From Octopus sinensis (Eukaryota), in contig NW_021834536.1 in the NCBI RefSeq assembly GCF_006345805.1, forward strand, positions 1-47,620: a DNA stretch of 47,620 nt. Reading direction: 5' to 3'. This document shows, one piece after another, positions 25,594 to 38,384 of the stretch (position 1 is its first letter; each line of letters opens with the position of its first letter). The notes beneath the pieces were generated by a model. The model worked only from the letters and a program-made list of their open reading frames with translations. It searched no databases and was not told the origin of the DNA. A program made the position numbers and the translations under genes.

Positions 25594-26597
25594 TATTATT
25601 ATTATTATTGCTGCTGTTGTTGTTGTTGTTGTTCTTGTAATCGTTGCTGTTGTTCCCGTTGTTTCTATTATCATCACCATCATCATTATCTATAAAATCG
25701 GCGCATATCATCCCTATTACCATTTGATTTCTTAATCAATAACTTTCATATGTTTCATTTAATGAATTCGACAAAACCATTATTGAACTGTTAAAACCCT
25801 CTTTCTCTCTATGAAAGCTGATTATTCTCTGCGAGAAACGAGATGTGAATATTGTATTGTTGTAACGAAGCATCCTGTGAATAGCGAGGCCATTGTAGCT
25901 GCGCCGGTCGTTAAATGAGCTTCAATGGGATAAGAAGAACGGCAGACGGTAGAGTTTTTATTTATTTGATTTTACTTACAATTTATTGATCTCCAATAAT
26001 ATAATGTAAACAGTTAAATCGATATTTGACATGAAAAAAAGGAAGGCTTGTTTTTCAGTGTTTAGGAGAATAATTACAAACAAAATTGAATCATATCGAT
26101 GGGCATAATATGTCGTTCTGCCTCTGTGTATGTCTACGTGTGATTACTTTTTTCAATGAGATTAATTTCCGAGATAAAATGAAATCCCTAAACTGATTGA
26201 AGCTGACTGCGAAGCCGATCGGTTCCATCAGCCAGGCGCGGCTGAGTTATGACCAAACTGAAAGGGTAGGGGTCGCTGACCAGCAGGTACATGTGTTATG
26301 CGTGATTATGCGCCTTTCGGTATTTGTATACTTACACACATGATTATACTCTTTTACACATAGGTTTATGTATGTGTGCGTGTGTAGGTATATGATTGGT
26401 TTTACGCATAGTCATAGACAACATTCAAATATCAAGTCCACGATCAGTGGGTATATTTAAATAAGTTCAATTTCATTAAGGAATTTCCAATTTAGATGGG
26501 TTGTAAGCTTTCAAGAGACAGTCTGACGAAGCTAATTACTAGTAAAAGTTTCAAGGTCACAGCTAACATTTTTCTTCTGTGTCTGTCTATCTAAATT

Positions 26598-26910
<313 letters not shown>

Positions 26911-26917
26911 GGTGAAC

Positions 26918-26952
<35 letters not shown>

Positions 26953-27556
26953 TAGGGTGATATGTATATCTGCATTTATATAAATATAAAAATGGTGAAC
27001 ATGTATATATACGTTTACGTCGATGTTTCCTTGGTCTTTTAACTTCGGAATTTTATACCTCGGTACCTGTCAGAGGCTCAAGAACAGTTTCTTGGTATTG
27101 TAACAGTATAACAAATAAAATTGCCCTGTTTGTCTGAAGTTATATACATGTGTGTGCGCGCGTGTGCGTGAAGCATGGGATTTTACGAAAAATAAATGAG
27201 TCATACGATAACGAAGTCTCTTTATAAATACGAAATTCCGGACGTAAATGCATATCAAGGAAATACGTTTCTGATAATACTTTACAGTGTAAATATAGTT
27301 AAATATTGATTACAAACGGACTATATATAACAGTGTAAACTATATTCAGAAACTGACCAAATATTTAAGAATTTATGACGTCGGTATATTTAAAGTGTTT
27401 CTTTTACGATTTTGTTTTGTTTCGTTGAAGATTATCTTACACCTTCCTCTTCATCAGCTGAACACTGACTCAGAAGTCATTTACAAAGAATAACGATTGT
27501 CAAGCTAATTCGCTGCTACAACAATAGAGGCCATACACATAATTCACATTCTACAG

Positions 27557-27802
27557 AAGTGGTTCTCAACGGGGGTCAATATGGCTCTTGGGGGGACAAA
27601 TAAGATTTCGTTGTTAAAATTTGCCTTTAATCACTTCTGTTTCTACAATGTTCAAACTATTTTAACAATTTTTTATACGGTTCCTAATAGTAAATTCTGT
27701 AAATATAAAATGATCTTTTAAACATTGAATGGCTCAGAGGGTCCGTCCTAATAAAACAAGATTCAAAGGGATCCATAGGCACAAAATGGTTGAAAACCAC
27801 CG
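27557..27802. mobile_element. Probable hAT-type MITE
   Basis: Termini aagtggttctcaac (27557-27570) and gttgaaaaccaccg (27789-27802) resemble CAGTGGTTCTCAAC-type hAT TIRs; no clear 8-bp TSD. Confidence 0.55.
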
Positions 27803-28457
27803 ATTCTCCCCGCGAGAGAATAAAAATAGAAACCCCTTTCATGACTCTTCACTAACATCGCTCTCTCAGTTTCTAGTTGAGGCTATTTGCCATTGCATGA
27901 GGAATAAAGCTCGGTGTTATTGGCTTGTTCAGATCACGTGGTGAAGTTTGGATCTATTGATGAGTATTGGGTGTTAGTAAATGATGGCTGCTCCTGATTG
28001 CGGAGTGTTACTTAGTAATGGTTGGTATCGGCTGGTGGTAAAATCAGTAGCTGGCGTTAGATTCCAATATTCGGAATAACAACTTATGGAGAATTGAAGA
28101 TGTTTACAGAAAGTTTATACAATTATCCTTCATAACTGGCAATTAGTTTTGTTCTTGGAAGCAGAAAAGCAGGTCAGACATTGTCTAAAATAGTCGATTG
28201 TCTTTCGTTATTTGTTGGGTAGAAATTTATGTGATAATATTAAGAGCCGGTGATCGAAACGTAACCAGTAAGAATTTCCGTTTGTGATAACAATAATAGC
28301 TCAGTTCTCATGTTAACCGAGACATATGTGGTTATATGTGGTTACATGTTCAGTTTCTGAATGAGACAAAGATGACACCTTTGTACTGGGGTGCATTAAC
28401 CATTGAGCGGGTGCTTTGTCGAGAGTCTTCTATGTTATACTGGATCGAGTCATTATA

Positions 28458-28598
28458 TAAGGTTGTCCCAAAAGTTCGTAGAAAGTCTTGGAAAATAATG
28501 GTCTTTATTTTGAGGAATAATTTTTGTTGTTTTTGTTAGTACTTGGCGAGTAAAAATTCAATTTTCGCAAGTGTTTACGAACTTTTGGGACAACCTAA
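28458..28598. mobile_element. Mariner-type MITE, 141 bp
   Basis: Perfect 21-bp inverted repeat aggttgtcccaaaagttcgta (28460-28480 / 28576-28596), TA at 28456-28457 and 28599-28600. Confidence 0.9.
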
Positions 28599-29949
28599 TA
28601 TGATCCCGTAATCTCAAAATAAGAAATGCAGGTGTTGTGTAAATATTGCCTTGAAAATAATAAGCAATAAGCCCTATGTACTACCTTCGAATATATTCGA
28701 GTCGGGCGAGAATACACCCATAGATCATAATCTTCAAGGGACACTATATTTTCATGCATGTTTGTTAAGTAAGTTTGATTCCTGCAATTCCATGAGTCTG
28801 ATTGAAACGAAAGTTGTGTAGGTGTGAGTCTTTTCGGCTGAATGCAATATTATCTCGGCAGTAACTTTGGGGGAAATAAATCATTTTCATATTTTCAGTA
28901 TACCTGCTTAACACTACATAGTTCAGGCTATGAATTTCTCTAGCAATGCTTGCGGGTACATCACGATTGTACAACGGGGTGCGGATCGTGCGACGAAATA
29001 TCTTAATAATTGTCATATACATAAACGCAATCACACGTGAACTTGCAAAAGAAGACAGGCTTTGGATATCTAAAGTTCCATCGCTCCCTATAGGTGAACT
29101 CTAATATAATGAGAGTGTCACTTTAAAAGGTTGTACTCTAATTAATATGATCTTATATCTAATATAAAGTAGTGTGGTATATAAAGTACAATACATATCA
29201 ATATGTAATTTACTTCATATCAGAACGACAGATTCATTAATCCTAGTAAATTAATCACAAACATAATTAAGTATCTCAATTCCGTTCATTATAATGTAAT
29301 ACCGTAGGACATTATTTTACAAAATTACAAGTTCTAAATATTACAGTTTTTTTTATTTAATTTAATTTATTTTTTTCTTTCTCCCATCTAAGTAATTATG
29401 ATTACCCCCCCCCACCCCGCCCTTGCTAATGATATAATGATTTTCTGGTAGAGAATATGGTTATAGCTTCATTAACTCTAGCAGGAATATTTCCAGTCTG
29501 TTCGGCGCCTTCAAGAGAATCACGCCTCCCATAATATTTTATCTTTACTTCTAAAATCGAACATACACTTATATACACACATGCATATACACACATACAC
29601 ACATATATACATGCATGAATGCATGCATATATGTATGTACGTCTATATGCATGTATGATTATATGTGGAGACAGCTGAATTGTTGAAAGTAGGGGATCTA
29701 GTTATGGAAAGCTGACGTTGTATAAAATCAACCTGAGTCATATCATAATGTTGCTTATTGTTAATACTGGCAAATCATTCTATTACGGACATATTGTTGT
29801 TCCATAATGGGGAAGAAATTACGTTTCGTTTATTCTAATTAAGACTCCATCTTGGATGTGCTTTCTAACAATATCTAATTCCGATGCGGTGTATGTTGTG
29901 TTCACTCTGTGTGACTGGCGACTGTTTGGATGTTTACTTTCATTAACAA

Positions 29950-30123
29950 ATATCTATTTGTCTATCTATCTATCTATCTATCTATCTGTATCTATCTATA
30001 TCTATCTATCTGTATCTATCTATCTCTTTATCTATCTATCTATCTCTTTATCTATCTATCTATATCTATCTATCTATATCTATCTATCTGTCTATCTATC
30101 TGTCTATCTATCTGTATCACACA

Positions 30124-30155
<32 letters not shown>

Positions 30156-30236
30156 GTATCACACACTCTCTCTCTATCTATCTATCTCTCTCTCTCTCTC
30201 TATCTATATCACTGTATCTCTCTCTCTGTACGTATG

Positions 30237-30309
<73 letters not shown>

Positions 30310-30320
30310 TGTGTATATAT
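29950..30320 (+). repeat. (ATCT)n/(CT)n/(TA)n/(TG)n compound array
   Basis: Directly visible. Confidence 0.95.
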
Positions 30321-30479
30321 ATATATCGCTTAGGCATAGCGTGACAAATAATCATGAGTAGAACTCAATATACCTGTGTGTCGGTATACATGAGCTGTGT
30401 GTGTGCGGGTGTCTGTCTGTCTGTGTGTCTGCCTGTCTGCGTGCAATTTTTGAGACTGTGCGTGCGTGTTTACATGCCT

Positions 30480-30800
30480 ATATTTCTTCCATTAAATCTA
30501 ATCGCCATACTTTTTCCAAGCAATCGCTCAGCATTCGATGCAATACCAATAGGTTCATACACTCCATAACCCAAGAATGTGGGATCATATCGTACGCCTT
30601 ACGATAGTCGATCCATGACATGGCTGAGTTACTTTTCCTCCTCTTGCAGTCTCTAAGTACAGTTTGTCCACCACGCTTACGCCCCTTCTGCTCATGTGCC
30701 GGGGGACTCCATTTTTTCCCAGATGTCCGTACATTGACTCTGCGACTATTCCGACTATTTAACTCCACTCTGAATGCGGATAGAGATATAAAGTTGATTT
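30480..30800 (-). mobile_element. R4/Dong-clade non-LTR retrotransposon reverse transcriptase fragment
   Basis: GIVAESMYGHLGKNG (frameshift) HEQKGRKRG...DCKRRKSNSAMSWIDYRKAYDMIPHSWVMECM matches the EQKG...DCK.R..NL.MAWIDY.KAYD.VPHSW pattern. Confidence 0.85.
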
Positions 30801-32250
30801 TAATACGAATAGAGTGCTTTACTCTCCTTCAAAATCCTTTTGTCCTACATAAAGTATCATATTTAATCCTGCTATTGTACAAGAAGTCTCTTTTCTTATT
30901 ATTTTATTTATCTAGAGTCCGTGAAATAACTGGATTTATTCAATCGACGACAGGAAGAACAGTTTGCGTTGAACGCAATACTCTGCAACTGTTCGTTATT
31001 TCACTTTGCTATTCACTATCATATCGTCTTAGGGAGTTTGGCGTGCTTTTGTAAATCTAAAGTAGGGAAGATCTTTCTCCGGAAAAATCTATATTCTCCA
31101 TTGAATATCGGTGAAAGGCCACAGTCAAATGACTGAAACAAGTATAATAATAGAAGCGTATATATATATATAATTCATACATATATATATATATATATAT
31201 ATAATACATATAATACATATACAGTCACATATATATGCATACATACACGCACATATCTATAGACATATTTACGTATGTGTATGTATATATACATTGCTGC
31301 ATACTTTTCACCCATTGTTCCTCTGTTGGCATAATAAATAATGGGTCTCCGCGGCCACTTTCATTCATAAAGTACTTTGTCGTTTGTGCTTTTGTCCCGT
31401 GTTTGTTTTTCTCTTTTTTTTTTTAGCTATATTCTCTAATCTCGCTAACATCAAAGTGTTTTTTATCCGTTTTTTCTCTTCCTTTCCTTTAATTGAACAA
31501 CAAAAATGTGAAAACGAAATCAGGTGAATTCGTCATTGTAGATTTAACTTTGAAACTCTCACAACAGTTCTTAATTTTTATTTGGGTTCTCACTTCGATT
31601 TTACAATTTGCAAATCCGTATTATGAATTTCTTCAATAGACGTTGTGGGAAGCCACAGACACACGCCCACGCACACATCACATACGCACACACACGCACG
31701 TATACATTGTACTCCACATACTCACAATGTGTGTATGTATGTGTGTGTTTTGTTTATGTGTCTGTATATCAGATTTTGTTTACTCATTCTTATTCATTTT
31801 AGAATCACATTCAGTTTTTTTTTCTCAATGTAAAATGAAGAAAAATATTTAATAAAATGGAAAGTAAAACCATAGAAATAACTTTGACAAAAATTAAAAC
31901 TTAAAAATGTCTCAAAAAATATCTGGCGAAAGTATGGCAGAAAAACAGATCTGCGTTGTCTCAAATCCTTTTATTAAGTTTTTGATATGACCATTACCAA
32001 ATTATGTTGTCAAAATGCGTTGTCAGTTGAGTTGAAATCCCCACCTGAATTATGGTAAACCGTGTTCATTGAATCTTATTAGTATCATCAAGCAAATGCG
32101 AGACAGATAACCATCTTGTTACGATGCTGACTCTCCTACCTGCATTTTCCCCTCTGAGACGAATTTGAAGACAAATCAATTAACGTGCTCTTGGTTGCAC
32201 AATTAAATCAACTACAATTCCATGTAAACTCTTGTTAGTTGCAATGATCT

Positions 32251-32410
32251 GTAATTAGCTGCAGTACCCTATAATTAGCTGCATTACCCTATAATTAGCT
32301 GCAGTACCCTATAATTAGCTGCAGTACCCTATAATTAGCTGCAGTACCTGACAATTAGCTGCATTACCCAATAATTAGCTGCATTACCCAATAATTAGCT
32401 GCAGTACTCT
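32251..32410 (+). repeat. 20-bp minisatellite (ataattagctgcagtaccct), 8 conserved units with decayed units on both sides
   Basis: Units start every 20 bp from 32251 to 32391; degenerate units extend to about 32200 and 32520. Confidence 0.95.
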
Positions 32411-32704
32411 ACGGTTAGCTACAACTACCTGTGATTAGTTGCAGAATCATGTAATTGACAACAGTCATGTGCAATTAACTCTCATTAATTGTTGTATATC
32501 ACAATTAGCTACAGTAATTAATCACATTATCCTGTGGTAACCTACAGATCTCCGCGTTTAGCTCCACTACTCACTGGCTGGCCACATAATGCTCAGAGAA
32601 CCATAATCCTGCTAGTTAAGTACTTTTGCCTCAGCCACGTGTAATGCTAGCATCGCAAATGCACGGTCCTAATCGATTTGGCCACTTGGTCTTTCTTTCC
32701 ATAT

Positions 32705-32892
32705 ATTAGTTTCAAATTTGGACATAAGATCAGCAATATCGAGGAGGGATTAAGTCGATTGCACCGATCCCGGTGATCAACTAGTACTTATCGACCACGA
32801 AATGTTGAAAGCAAAGAGGACGTTGGCGGAATTTGAACTCAGAAGGTAAGCACAGGCGAAATGGGGCCAAGCATTTTGCCCTGCGTGCCACC
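32705..32892 (-). mobile_element. SINE family 1, degenerate, tail type C
   Basis: tttcaaatttggacataagatcagcaat...agtacttatcgacc...ggcggaatttgaactcagaa...agcattttgccc. Confidence 0.78.
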
Positions 32893-33544
32893 TTTTTCAG
32901 TCCATATGCTACAAGTAATTATGATAGACACTGAATACCCTAAACGGATCAAAGACAGTTTAAACCACCACCAGCAAGTCTTAATTTTTTTATGGCTTCA
33001 GCTCAACCAATGAAATTAACAAAGAACAAATGAAAACCAAAATTCATCAAAAACTGTAAAGCCCTTCGCTTTTGCTGTTTATTGTTTCTTTATATTTCTT
33101 ATACCCTGAACGCACCTCTGACGGTTTATCCTGAAACATTGGTTGTTGCATTTGAATTATAAACCCGAGGTTAGCCTTATCTGAACAAAATGAGCAGATC
33201 TACAACCAAAAATGTTTCCATTGTGACCATCACAACGTATTTTAGACGCATGAATAAGGGACAATTGTCTGCTAATTCTAGCAGCTTCGACTGCCACATC
33301 GGGGCTCCTTCCAATACGATGCTTTACTGGAAATAGCAAGACAAGGCTACAGTAAACAGTGTGAAGAAATGAGTTAGACTGGAAAATCTATACTATAATA
33401 ATAATAATAATGATAATAATAATAATAATAATTACAGTATATTATCATAGGTTTACTATGTGCTATGTCTCTGTACTGTGAATATAACTACAGCCAAAAG
33501 ATTAGTAATTGTACGAGTGCAGTTATAATATAATAATAATAATG

Positions 33545-33590
<46 letters not shown>

Positions 33591-33829
33591 GCGCACAAAC
33601 ACCCACACAAAGTAATGTAGGAATTGTAACACAATGGGAACAGTTGAAATACGAAATTGTTTCAGTTATCTAAAAGCAGAATGTGTTTCGGAAATTAATC
33701 CAACGAGTTGGCATTGCCAGTGAATAGACTGGTAATGATACAACAGGGGAAAACAATTGAACAAGGAGGGAGTGTTAGGAAATACGATATTATTCACACA
33801 TACACACACCTTCATATGCAGATAAATAC

Positions 33830-34390
33830 ATGAGGTTGTGTATGTATACATGCATATGTATGCTTGTGTGCGTATGTATGTATATATGTGTTTGTGTATG
33901 TATGTGTGTGTGTGTGTTTGTATGTATCTATGTGTGTGTGTGTATGCGCGCGTGTTTGTGTATGAATGTATGTGTATATGCGTATGTATGTGTGCGTGTG
34001 TGTATGTATGTATGTGTGTATGTATGCATGTGTTTGTGTATGTATGCGTGTGTACGTGTGCATGTATGTATGTGTGTATATGTGTGTGTATGTATGTATA
34101 TGTGTATGTATGTATATGTGTGTGTGTATGTGTGTATGTGTGCATGTGTGTGTATCTATGCATGTGTTTGTGTATGTGTGTGTACATGTATGTGTGAGTG
34201 TGTGCATGTATGTGTGAGTGTGTGTGCATTTATGTGAGTATGTGTGCATGTATGTGTGAGTGTGTGCATGTATGTGTTTGTATGTATGTACGTATGTATG
34301 TATTATGTATCTATATATACCTGTGTGTATGCATGTGTGTATGTATGTGTGTATTATGTATCCATGTATACCTCTGTGTGTGTGTTTGGT
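33830..34390. repeat. (TG)n/(TATG)n microsatellite field
   Basis: Directly visible. Confidence 0.95.
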
Positions 34391-34597
34391 GTGTATCCAA
34401 GAAGGCGAAATCCATGCAAATAAATCATGAAATATATAAAACAGTACGAAAGCGGCTGATGTATCGCATTGCAACATATTTAATTATTCTTGGTATTTCG
34501 AGTGAAAAAAATAAACCGTCTTTGCAAAGGCTTAACGAACAACAAGACAGGGATATAAATTAAGGGTTCGGTCGCAATTCATGTTCCGTTATTTGCA

Positions 34598-34752
34598 GAG
34601 CGGTGGAGTAGGAGAATCACTAAGGCTTTGGACAAATTGGCATTGTGATATTTATCTAAGAACCTTTATGTTCTGAGTTCAAGTCCAACCATTTCGATTC
34701 GATGACATAAGGACTGTTACGCTCCTTCCCTACAATTTGCGACTATTGTGAC
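34598..34752 (+). mobile_element. SINE family 1, highly degenerate
   Basis: gagcggtggagtaggagaatc head and tatgttctgagttcaagtcc B-box region. Confidence 0.55.
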
Positions 34753-35559
34753 TATTGGCCGAAGAACCCAGCCGAAGAATACGTTGCATACTGATCTTTT
34801 CCTCGCCTCTTCTTCATATTCCCGACACTGCATAAAACCCTTGTCTTTATAATGTCTCAACCCAACGTCACTCGTATGGCAAAAAAACTGACATCCTTCT
34901 GCACCGAATGCAGGACGAGGACTTCTCGGTTACATTGGCATTATTGCTAGAAACAGGTTGAAGAAAGGTGTTCCTCTCACAATAGTTTTCCTCCTCCTCC
35001 TTCTCCTCCTCCTTCTCCTCCTCCTCCTCCTCACCATCATAATGTTTGTCATTTCCTTACCATACATAGACATTTTTTAGAAGCTGCGTAAGTTTGTTTT
35101 TCCTTCCCATTCCTGTGTGTTATACATATTAAAATCATTGATATATCATGTTAAGCTGACACGGACTGTTAGGGAATGTTCCATTTCTTTTCCCGGATCG
35201 TTCCCTGGGGGCAGCATTTTTTGAGGGAGAATATTTTTCAAATCAAAAGAGAACTTCGAAGACGGCTTCCTCGCTTTCGTCTTTGCTGGTTTGCAAAATA
35301 ATCATTTTAAAGTTTAAGTCGTTTGCTCTTAACATCTGCGTTTCGTTACCAGCATCATCAGTAACAAAAAAAACAGCAGCAGCAGTAACTATAGCAACAG
35401 GAATAACTACAAAAAAAAAATCTAGTAGCAATCATACTCATGATGCAATCATCGCTTCTGGAATAAATAGATAAAAGAACTGTGGTATACAAGTGTATAT
35501 CGCTTAGGAGACAGACTCGAACAAACCTCTTAGAACGGAAGCCAATATTAACCAGGAGA

Positions 35560-36200
35560 AGTCGGTTGGTCAGCAACTAAGCTCCCGGAGAGGCAGATCT
35601 ATGCCGTCGTGGGGCGCCAGATGGGTGAACAAATTAAATTACTAGCTTTCTGGATTAGTACAGATCTTCAGGATTGTAGGAATATGGATGGTGTTGCCTG
35701 CCAGTTTGACCCAGAAATAGGTTGAAAAGAAACTATACTTGAACGGCCGGGCAGAAGTGATTGATACCTTCGTTGCATCCAACATTGCTACAGTCTGTAT
35801 CTACTAGTAATATCCGCTACGTGAATGGCTGCATATACCGTGGCTATTGATCCACATACGAGACCTGAGATTAGAATATCTGCAGCTGTTCTTTGAAGAA
35901 TAGGTGTGGTCGCTCTTTGCGCGGCACATTTTTCCACAGCTCGAATTCTGAGCTGCAGTTCAGGGTCAATCGGACAGTAAGGTACAGCATTTCTCATCTG
36001 CAATGTAATCGGCAAAAATTCCACATAAGCGTTTTATAGAGGATTTGTGTCAGGAAAAATTTGACAGCGCTGTCGAAGAAATATCAGACGTCAATGAAAA
36101 TCAACTGGTAGGCCTCTTTTGGCAAAATTGTCAGTCAGAGACTCATAGACAGCCTGTAGATAACCCTGACCGAATTTCTAATTTAGGCGTAGAGCCTGAC
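35560..36200 (+). mobile_element. Tx1/L1-clade LINE ORF2 fragment (region C-terminal to RT core)
   Basis: VGRQMGEQIKLLAFWISTDLQ from 35609, KLYLNGRAEVIDTFVAS from 35730, FYRGFV at 36032-36049 resemble KLLGVWFGPDLQ...KLSLKGRAEV...FYRGLV; disrupted. Confidence 0.65.
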
Positions 36201-36960
36201 ATTTTGAGAAGCAGATTAGCCGATTATATTGGCTACATTTTTTAATTACAACTTTAATTTGTAGACCACAATAGAACTCAGAACGGAAAATGCTCACACA
36301 CGCATTTTGCCCGAGGCTCTAACGATTCAACCAATCAAAAGACGCTTTAGATAACGAAATCAGTACTGCGAGGGCAGTGACCAATCAAGATAGAAATCAT
36401 TGGTTCGCCCTGATTTATTTATATATAACAACGAGATACATTGAACAGCGATCGAATTGGAAGAGGTCCAGGGATCGTTGGCTGAAATTATGTATAAATA
36501 TATTAATATCTGACAGAACGGAGAGGATTCAGATTTGTGAAAGCGAAATGAAATTATTGAAATTCTGCCCAAAATTATGATTGGAAAACAAAAGCCAACT
36601 TAATATGATTGAGGCATTAAATTAGAGATGACTTTTGATAGTTGCATTGATGACATTTCTTATACAAATATTTGTTAAATGGGATAAATCATGGAAATTC
36701 GGAATTTCAGTTTGTATTTAAAGAAAGTGTATTTGTCAGAGTGTCTGTATTATATATATATATAATACAAACGTAAATACATATACATACATACATACAT
36801 AAACATTCACATACATACACACACACACATATATGTATATATATATAGTTCGTGGGTCGGCTTAGTTTTAGGCGTAAAATATATATATATGTTTGTGTGT
36901 GTGTAGAAATGAATAAGTATATAAGTAGACATAGATGCTTGTATATTTGTATGGAAAACT

Positions 36961-37017
<57 letters not shown>

Positions 37018-37240
37018 CACCTATCTCTATGTCCATATTATATTTATATATATATATATATATAATATATATATATAACAGACACATATATTTACACACA
37101 AAGTATTGGGGTATAGTTCAAAGGTGATCTAAACGACTAGGTACGCTAGGTAAGTGCTGTAGCCAATGACCAGGGCCCCAAGGTTATAGCCGAGACGGTT
37201 ATGAAGCCACTGTAGATTTCCGATATAGCGGATATATAAT

Positions 37241-37377
37241 TGTTAAAGAGGAAAACAATCGTTAAGACAAGACAAACATCTCACGTCATATACTTATTGG
37301 AAATTTTTTTCCAATAATAATAACGTATATGACTTCAGATGTTTGTCTTGCCTTAACGTTTGTTGTCCTGTTTAACA
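37241..37377. repeat. 137-bp palindrome, MITE-like, with TTAA at both ends
   Basis: Arms 37241-37293 and 37325-37377 are 47/53 complementary; inner 10-bp perfect stem 37294-37303/37308-37317; TTAA at 37243-37246 and 37372-37375. Confidence 0.9.
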
Positions 37378-37514
37378 CACACACACACACACACACACAC
37401 TGAGTGTGTGTGAGAGAGAGAGGGGGGAGAGATACTCTTGATACAAATATAGAGGCATTTTTGTCTACGTATATACATATATATCTATAATTATATATCC
37501 TACATATATATATA

Positions 37515-38309
37515 AAGGGTGTGTATGATATTTGAGGACATACAATTTTGGGTCATTCCTGCATTTTTTGCTAAATCTGTATAATCTTTGTTTCAGAAAA
37601 TAATAATGGCAGACCTTAAGCTTACCCAGGGAAGGAAGAGTCATTCGGTTATTGTGGTTATAAAGGTTGAGCATATAGATTTAGAAATATCTCGATTTTT
37701 AAAAGTTGCCAGATCTTTCGTCTACGAAGTTTGTAAGAAGCTAGAGACTGAAGATGGAAACGTATCACCAGAATCAAAGCATACAGAGCTTTCTAAACCT
37801 TTGAAATCCTCAGAACACCTGAATCTATCCAACAAGTTCAACAGACCATTGATTGCAATCCCAGAAATTTCATGATGTCATTTGCAAAAGATCTCCATGT
37901 GTCAGAAAGTACAGTCAGATCTAAGTCTTATATAATGAGGAAACGTCAATGTGTCAGAAAAAGTAAAAGAAAATCACTACGTAGTTCCGAGTTCAGTGCC
38001 ACTGCGTGGCACCTTCGGCAAGTGCTTTCTACTACGGCCTCGGACCGACTAAAGCCTTGTGAGTGCATTTGTTAGACGGAAACTGAAAGAAGCCCGTCGT
38101 ATATATGTGTGTTTACGTCCCTGTAACTTAGCGGTTCGCCAAAAGAGATCGATAGTATAAGTACTAGGCTTACAAAGAATAAGTCCTGGGGTCGATTTGC
38201 TCGACTAAAGGTGGTGCTCTAGCATGGCCGCAGTCAAAAGACTGAAACAAGTAAAAGAGTATCTTTCTCTATAAACATAAATCTGTCCTCAAATATCTTA
38301 TGCACCCTG
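37515..38309 (+). mobile_element. Internally deleted Tc1/mariner (maT/DD37D-like) transposon with both TIRs
   Basis: 26-bp TIRs 37515-37540 and 38284-38309 (22/26), TA flanks 37513-37514 and 38310-38311; N-terminal transposase remnants LEISRFLKVARSFVYEVCKKL...SFAKDLHVSESTVR..KSYIMRK. Subfamily call is from memory. Confidence 0.85.
37975..38261 (+). mobile_element. SINE family 2, lacking A box, nested in the Tc1/mariner element
   Basis: gagttcagtgccactgcgtggcaccttcggcaagtg...gaagcccgtcgtata...gcatggccgcagtcaaaagactgaaacaagtaaaaga. Confidence 0.9.
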
Positions 38310-38349
38310 TATACACACACATACATACGCGCGCACACACACGCACACG

Positions 38350-38384
<35 letters not shown>

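Noticed and set aside
27419-27457. Minus-strand CTGATGA...GAAAC hammerhead-like spacing
   Set aside because: No proper stems I or III and no cleavage triplet in place.
28231-28265. gagccggtgatcgaaacgta resembling hammerhead stem II-GAAA-stem III
   Set aside because: No CUGANGA core at the right distance; stem II mismatched.
28765-29034. 89-aa non-repetitive minus-strand ORF, and an acceptor-like ttttcag at about 28898 on plus
   Set aside because: No recognisable domain; all three plus frames after the AG hit stops quickly, so not a receptor exon.
32200-32520. CRISPR-like appearance of the 20-bp and 16-bp tandem arrays
   Set aside because: No unique spacers, no cas genes, eukaryotic context.
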